This document shows positions 61,438-64,000 of a DNA stretch of 64,000 bases, piece by piece (the first letter of the stretch is position 1; each line of letters starts with the position of its first letter). The stretch spans positions 128,001-192,000 of the forward strand of contig CAVXJS010000014.1 of assembly GCA_963762145.1 (NCBI GenBank), read 5' to 3'. A program made the translations under genes and the position numbers. Source of the DNA: an uncultured Candidatus Rokubacteria bacterium (lineage in GTDB: Bacteria > Methylomirabilota > Methylomirabilia > Rokubacteriales > CSP1-6). The notes beneath the pieces are model-generated. The model was given only the letters and a program-made list of their open reading frames with translations. It was not told the origin of the DNA and searched no databases.

Positions 61438-62379
61438 TTACTCGAGGTCGCGGGCGGCGGGGAGGCCGCCGGCCGCGGTCGCCGCGCGCACCGCGCGCGC
61501 GATCGCGCGCGCCACCAGGGCCGCGGCCTCGCGGCCGAGGACGTCCACGTCGGCGCGCGCGGTACCCACCGAGAGGCAGAAGAGCGCGTCGCCGTCGGTG
61601 CCGAGATGCGGTGGCGAGAGCGCGAGGGTGAAGCCATCCATCGCCAGGCCGGCCAGACGCGCGGCGCCCGCCTTGTCGAGGGCCGCCGTCGTCGCCACCA
61701 GGCCGATCGTGGTATTGGTCGGGCGGAACGCGGGCGGCCGGGCGCCCGCGGCGAGGGCCGCGCCGGTGTCGATCAGCCGGCGGCCGCCGGCGGCGTCGCG
61801 GGCTCCCGCGATGAGCCGACCGGTCTCGGGATCGCGCACGTCGCCCACCGCGTTGACCGCCATCAACGCGCCGAGGTGCACGCCGTCGCGCTCCAGGACC
61901 GCGCACCCGAGCCCGCCCTTGGTGGCGCGCGCGATGCCGTGGAGCTTGCCCACGCTGGCGCCGGTGCCCGCGCCCACGTTGCCCTCGGCGACGGGCCCCG
62001 GCTGCGCGGCGGCGGCGGCGCGATGGCCCATCGCGCGATCGGGGCGCGCGGTGGAATCGCCCAGGCCCAGGTCGTAGAGGATGGCGCCGGCCACGTGCGG
62101 CACCACGGTCTGGCTCGTGGGGAAGCCGACGCCCCGCTCCTCGAGGTAGCGCATCACGCCCCAGATCGCCTCGAGGCCGAAGGCGCTGCCGCCGGCCAGG
62201 ACGACGCCGTCGAGGGTCGGGACGAGATGGCGCGGGTCGAGGAACTCGAGGCCGTGCACGCCGGCGGCCCAGCCGCGGATCTCCACCCCCCCGACCGCGG
62301 GCGCGTCGCTCAGGATCACGGTGCAGCCGGTGAGCCCGACCGCGTCGGTGACGTGGCCGACCCGCAGGCCGGGGATCAT
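61438..62379 (-). CDS. P1/S58 (DmpA-like) peptidase family protein
   Basis: G.RVGH.T, LTGCTVI, LAGGSAFGL, EGNVGAGTGA, NTTIG, DGD..F. Confidence 0.85.
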   Translation of the reverse strand: MIPGLRVGHVTDAVGLTGCTVILSDAPAVGGVEIRGWAAGVHGLEFLDPRHLVPTLDGVVLAGGSAFGLEAIWGVMRYLEERGVGFPTSQTVVPHVAGAILYDLGLGDSTARPDRAMGHRAAAAAQPGPVAEGNVGAGTGASVGKLHGIARATKGGLGCAVLERDGVHLGALMAVNAVGDVRDPETGRLIAGARDAAGGRRLIDTGAALAAGARPPAFRPTNTTIGLVATTAALDKAGAARLAGLAMDGFTLALSPPHLGTDGDALFCLSVGTARADVDVLGREAAALVARAIARAVRAATAAGGLPAARDLE

Positions 62380-63588
62380 GAGCGCGTGCGGCGGGCCGGC
62401 GCGCGACTGACGTCGTCCAGGCGGGTGCGGCCCAGCGCGACCTCGGAGGCCATCTCGATGCCGCGCGCGGCGAGAGCCCGCGCGAACGGGATGGCGATCG
62501 CGGACCGCGTGGCATCCGCGAGCGCGGCCGCGGTCTGCTCGGCCATCGCGGCCGGCTCGAGGCGTCTGGTCATCCGGAAGATCTCCGCCATCTCGCGCAG
62601 CCGAGACGCCCAGCGCCGCCGCGCCGCATCAGGGAGCTGCGCCTCGACGACGCCGTCCACGATGGAGGCTTCGCGCTGGGCCTTGACCTGATCGGAGACG
62701 ACGAGACGGCTCTCGCGCACCTGGAGCAGCGCGAGCGCCTCGTGCTGCACGCGCGCGGGGTCGATGAACCAGCCCATGAGCTCGGGGAGGTCGAGGAGGC
62801 TCGGAGGAGCGGTCGAGGAGAGATTCGGTCGCTGCGGCCGGGGTGGGCATGTCCACCGGAAGCTTCTCTTCTGTATCCGTTCGGCTCGCCTTCGGCTGCG
62901 CCTCACCAAGCTTCGGCCGCAGGTCAGCCCGTGACTGCACCCCGGCGGCGGCAAACAGGCGCCGCCATCTGGCGAACTCGGGGGGTGGCACGGTGCCGAG
63001 GCGCTCGTGCAGCGCGAGGGCGTCGGCGACCAGGGCGCAGGCGCGGGCGCCGTCCACTTCCACCCACGGCAGCTTCTGGCTCTCGCGCAGGCCGCGTAGC
63101 TCCGCCTCGAGCCGCTTGCGGGCGATGGGCCCGCCCGCGGCGTCCATGATGCCCGCCTCGTCGTTCAGGATCAGCGAGCAGAGCCGCAGACCGCCGCCCA
63201 GGCCGCCCTCGAATAGGATCCACGCGGCGCGGGAGCCGCTGCCGTCGATGCCGGAGAGCCAGGCGCGCACCGGGTGCTCGGCCGCCCGGGTCACCACCGG
63301 CCGCGCGGGCGCCGTGGCGGCCGGGCGCGGTGGGCGGAGCCCCGACTGATCGAGCCGGTAGAGGGCGCGCCGGACCGCGCGCCGGTGGTCCTTGTCGGGG
63401 GCCGCGGCGTCGAGGCGCTCGAGCAGTGGCAGCGCGCCGGCGCCATGCCCCTTCACCAGCGCGCGCAGGGCATCGTCGAGCACGGACGGGCTCACGCGGG
63501 CCAGCGCGGGCGGGTCACCGCCGGCGAGCGCGGCCTCGAGGGCGGCCAGGCAGGCCGCCGCCTCGTCATGCGGGGCGCGCGTGGTCAT
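62376..63588 (-). CDS. Conserved-looking hypothetical protein with in-frame repeat A; frameshift near 62800
   Basis: Start/stop overlaps with both neighbours; RRALYRL, WLSGIDGSGSR, LL.LPEL.GW segments. Confidence 0.65.
62872..62911 (-). repeat. 40-bp palindromic repeat family A, in-frame intragenic copy
   Basis: GCTTGGTGAGGCGCAGCCGAAGGCGAGCCGAACGGATACA, 37/40 identical to 56267-56306; encodes LGEAQPKASRTDT. Confidence 0.9.
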
Positions 63589-64000
63589 TCGGCGAGGAGC
63601 GCGCGGAAGAAGGGATCGGCGGGCCAGGCCTCCGCGGGCACCGCATTCGCCCGGAAGTAGACCTTGCGCGCGTAGGTGAGCGCGCCCGCGTACATCTCGA
63701 AGCGATCGGCGAGGCGGCGATAGAGGGAGGCGTCGGCCTCGGCGCCCGCGCGCGCCACCTCCGCCACGAAGCGATAGGCGAGGCGCCCTTCGTGCTCGTA
63801 GTAGCCGGTGACCGCGAGGCCGTCCACGTAGTCGCGGAAGACTCCCGTCATGAAGAGCGTGTAGTCGCCGATCTGCCGCCGCAGCACGCGCTCCGTGCCC
63901 GGGTTGAAGCCGGGCGCTTGCCAGTCCCACACGTGCTGGATCGCCAGCAGCGAGTCCGCGACCGTGTCGAGGCGCCGGCCGGGCAGCTCGCGGAGCGTGC
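63585..64000 (-). CDS. Hypothetical protein; 5' end outside the window
   Basis: Open frame RQIGDYTLFMTGVFRD...YY..EG..AY; ATGA overlap with the next gene. Confidence 0.65.
   Translation of the reverse strand, partial: TLRELPGRRLDTVADSLLAIQHVWDWQAPGFNPGTERVLRRQIGDYTLFMTGVFRDYVDGLAVTGYYEHEGRLAYRFVAEVARAGAEADASLYRRLADRFEMYAGALTYARKVYFRANAVPAEAWPADPFFRALLAE

Overview
High-GC bacterial chromosomal segment. The gene style and the ABC-type substrate-binding protein at 36812 suggest Candidatus Rokubacteria/Methylomirabilota, which is an inference. About 20 apparent single-base frameshifts occur, several in metG, so this looks like an unpolished long-read consensus and split genes are treated as intact. 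Content in order: VOC gene; a Y1/RAYT-type transposase with 28-bp terminal inverted repeats; typA, PPIase, D-aminoacylase, trxB/Prx; a Mo/W island (MucR, two ModE-like HTH genes, a CoxMSL-type molybdenum hydroxylase followed by an oxidoreductase-SelD fusion, interleaved tupABC and modABC, moaC); acuC, adenylate cyclase, polysaccharide deacetylase, LysM/TPR protein, pal; a sulfite reductase/1-Cys Prx/siroheme operon; lhr; flavin monooxygenases; two redoxins; tmk-holB-PSP1-metG-tatD; and an unusual ring-cleavage dioxygenase operon. Best signals missed by the ORF track: (1) a leaderless 21-codon Cys-rich sORF plus terminator hairpin ahead of sulfite reductase, a candidate cysteine attenuator; (2) two tandem exported redoxins, each with an in-frame active-site TGA and a SECIS-like hairpin of the same geometry, candidate selenoproteins; (3) the SelD fusion attached to a Mo-hydroxylase operon; (4) two palindromic repeat families that also sit inside coding sequences; (5) a sigma-54 promoter with a highly structured leader before an orphan gene.
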